Below the pieces are notes generated by a model. The model was not told where the DNA came from, searched no databases, and was given only the letters and a program-made list of their open reading frames with translations. A DNA stretch of 64,000 nucleotides from the human T2T-CHM13v2.0 reference genome, Homo sapiens, in assembly GCF_009914755.1 (NCBI RefSeq), contig NC_060929.1. One strand, written 5' to 3'. Made by a program: the position numbers and the translations under genes. This document shows positions 61,521 to 64,000 of this stretch, one piece after another (position 1 is the first letter of the stretch; the number at the start of each line of letters is the position of its first letter).

Positions 61521-62111
61521 TTCATGTCGTGTTCTGTTTCTTAATGTTTTCGGAAGCAGCCTTGATATTCAGGTTTTATATATTTTGGTACTACAAAAAT
61601 TCTTTTGCCTATGTGATTTGTCTTTTTTTTTTATTGTTTATCTAGTAATGACTAAATATTGAAAGGTTGTGCTATTTCAATATAGGAGAGTTTTTCCACT
61701 CCTCTTTCTTTGCTCTCTACATCCGTCTTCTTCGGGTCATGGAACTGAGTCTTTGGTTAAATGAAGAAAAGAGACAAAGATTGTGTTAGAGTAAATAATT
61801 CATCAAAAGTATGTTGTAAGAGTTTGTCAGTATTGACAAGAGAATTATCTATTTTCAGTATGAATGACTTTCAGCACTTAAGACCCTCACCAGCAATGCA
61901 GAAGAATTGAGGAACCTGAAATTACTTCTGCTGCCAACCCACCTACTCCACTGCAGGGAGAGAGAAAAATGAGATGAAGCTGATTGGGAGCTAGGAGGCT
62001 GCAGAGGGGCATGTGGCAAGGAAGAACAGGGAGGGATATCAGAAAGAAAGGTGATGTTCTTGTCATCCCAGGAGGAGAAATATACATGCTGATTGACTCT
62101 AGCTTTTGACA

Positions 62112-62862
62112 TTTTTTTAACTTTTATTTTAAGTTCAGGGGTACATGCGCAGGTTTGTTACATAGGTAAACTCATGTCATGAGGGTTTGTTGAACAGATT
62201 ATTTTATTACTGAGGTATTAAGCCTAGTACCCACTAGTTATTTTTCCTGATCCTCTCCCACCTCTCAACCTCCACCCTCCAATAGGTCCCAGTGTCTGTT
62301 TTTCTGCTCTATATGTCCATGTGTTCTCATTGTTTAGCTCCCACTTATAAGTGAGAACATGTGGTATTTGGTTTTCTGTTCCTGTGTTAGTTTGCTAAGG
62401 ATAGTGGCCTCCAGATCCATCTATGTTCCTACAAATGACATGATCTCAGTCTTTTTTAATGGCTGCCTAGTATTCCATGGTATATATGTACCACATTTTC
62501 TTTATCCAGTCTACCATTGTGGGCATTTAGGTAGATTCCATGTCTTTACTGTTGTGAATAGTGCTGCAATGAACATACTCATGCATGTGTCTTTATGATA
62601 GAAGATTTATATTTCTTTGGGTATATATATACCCAGTAATGGGATTGCTGAGTCAAATGGTATTTCTGTTTTTAGGTCTTTGAAGAATCGCCCCACTGTC
62701 TTCCACAATGGTTAAACTGATTCACACTCCCACTAACCGTGTATAAGGGTTGCTTTTTCTCTGCAACCTCACCAGCATCTGTTATTTTTTGACTTTTTAG
62801 TAATAGTCACTCTAACTGATGCGAGATGGTAGGTATCTCATTGTGGTTTTGATTTGATTTTC
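62112..62862 (-). mobile_element. L1PA14-PA16 3' fragment
   Basis: ttttaagttcaggggtacatg...taagcctagtacccactagttatttttcctgatcctctccc...tttagctcccacttataagtgagaac. Confidence 0.9.
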
Positions 62863-63029
62863 TGTATATATTTAAGCATACTTATTAAAGACTTGAGGTT
62901 AACCACTGAGAATTAGGATGCCTTACTCCCAAATCATTTGGAGGAAAAAAAGGAACAAATAACTTAATCACATAAGCAGTTAAGGAAAAGAGACGGCAAG
63001 AAAGCATATAAAAGATAAACTACGAACTA

Positions 63030-63920
63030 TGGTTCTGAGAACATAGTCAATTTTATCAGTAATCATGATACATTTTCCTGGGTTAAATGTATATATTAAA
63101 AGACAAAGATTCTCCTACTGGAGAAATGTTACAGCCATTTGTTATTTTTCAGAAATCCAAATACAATGACACAACATAGGGAGGTTAAAAATAAAAGAAG
63201 GCAAAAAGGTATTGAAAGCAAAGGCTAACAAAAGGAGAGCATATATAGGGACATTAAAATGAGATAAAGTAGAATTCAGGATAAAAACTACTGAAAGGGG
63301 ACAAAGATGGATATTTCATATTAATAAAATGTTAACTCCATTAAAACTTTACTATTATCATGAATATTTGTGCTCCTAACAACTTAATTTTGAAATAAAA
63401 ATCTTATTAAAAGAAAAATAAACAATTTCATAATCACAATGAGAAACTTCAACAAGTGTATCTTTAAATATTAATTAACAAATTAAAGATATTGAGAATT
63501 TAGGATGCATAATTCAATTGCTTGATCTATAAATTGTGGTAGAACTTTGTATCCAAGGAACAGAATACATGTTATTTTCAAACAGATGGAACATTCACAA
63601 ATTTACAATATATTGGGAAATTTTTTTAAATGGTGACAAATTTTCAAAGCACAACTCATGCAGACCCTTTTAACTTATTGAAATATAATAAAATTTTATT
63701 AAAATCCAGTAAATTAAAATCCAATGAAAATTCAAATTTAACATCAAAGGGTCAGTAACCCAAAAGCTAACAACAAAAGGCCAGCAACCATTCCAAAGCA
63801 TCAGCAGATATTTAGAAGACTAAGGTCTTCTAAATAAATTTTGGATCAAAGAAGAAACAAGGCAGAATTTTTAAAAATACCATATAGAAAACTGGCATGA
63901 CAGCCCTATGTATCTAATGT
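63030..63920 (+). mobile_element. Ancient L1M ORF2 endonuclease-region fragment
   Basis: attaaaagacaaagattctc...ggacaaagatggatatttcatattaataaaa...tgctcctaacaac...gaaacttcaaca...cagaatacatgttattttcaa. Confidence 0.75.
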
Positions 63921-64000
63921 AGTGGGACCGATTCCTAACCAGATGTAAGTTCCATACAGCAAGTAGAAAAGAGGAAAAGGTGAGGCAGGCAGATGAACGC

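Overview
AT-rich, CpG-poor primate genomic DNA. AluY, L1PA2 and L1PA3/4 point to a great ape, most likely human. The window is intronic or intergenic: I recognise no host protein-coding exon, RNA gene, CpG island or CRISPR-like array. Every long ORF in the track is explained by LINE-1 ORF1/ORF2, THE1 internal sequence, Alu or chance. Roughly half of the window is layered transposable-element sequence. The main structures are: (1) an ancient two-LTR ERVL provirus (LTR16/ERV3-16A3 type, 22955-29205, minus) that keeps a perfect 5-bp TSD and readable RT, RNase H, integrase and dUTPase remnants; (2) a full-length, dead L1PA3/PA4 (31790-37977, plus) inserted in a MER5A1, retaining the ~129-bp ZNF93-target segment; (3) a 5'-truncated L1PA2 facing it as a 1.9-kb inverted repeat; (4) a two-LTR THE1A with a perfect TSD; (5) an AluY/AluS chimera without a TSD that joins an old L1M to a truncated second ERVL, probably the scar of an Alu-Alu recombination deletion. 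Several small tandem duplications and candidate cis-elements lie in unique sequence. Subfamily names come from recalled consensus motifs, not from a database search. I found no evidence of a new gene-encoded system.
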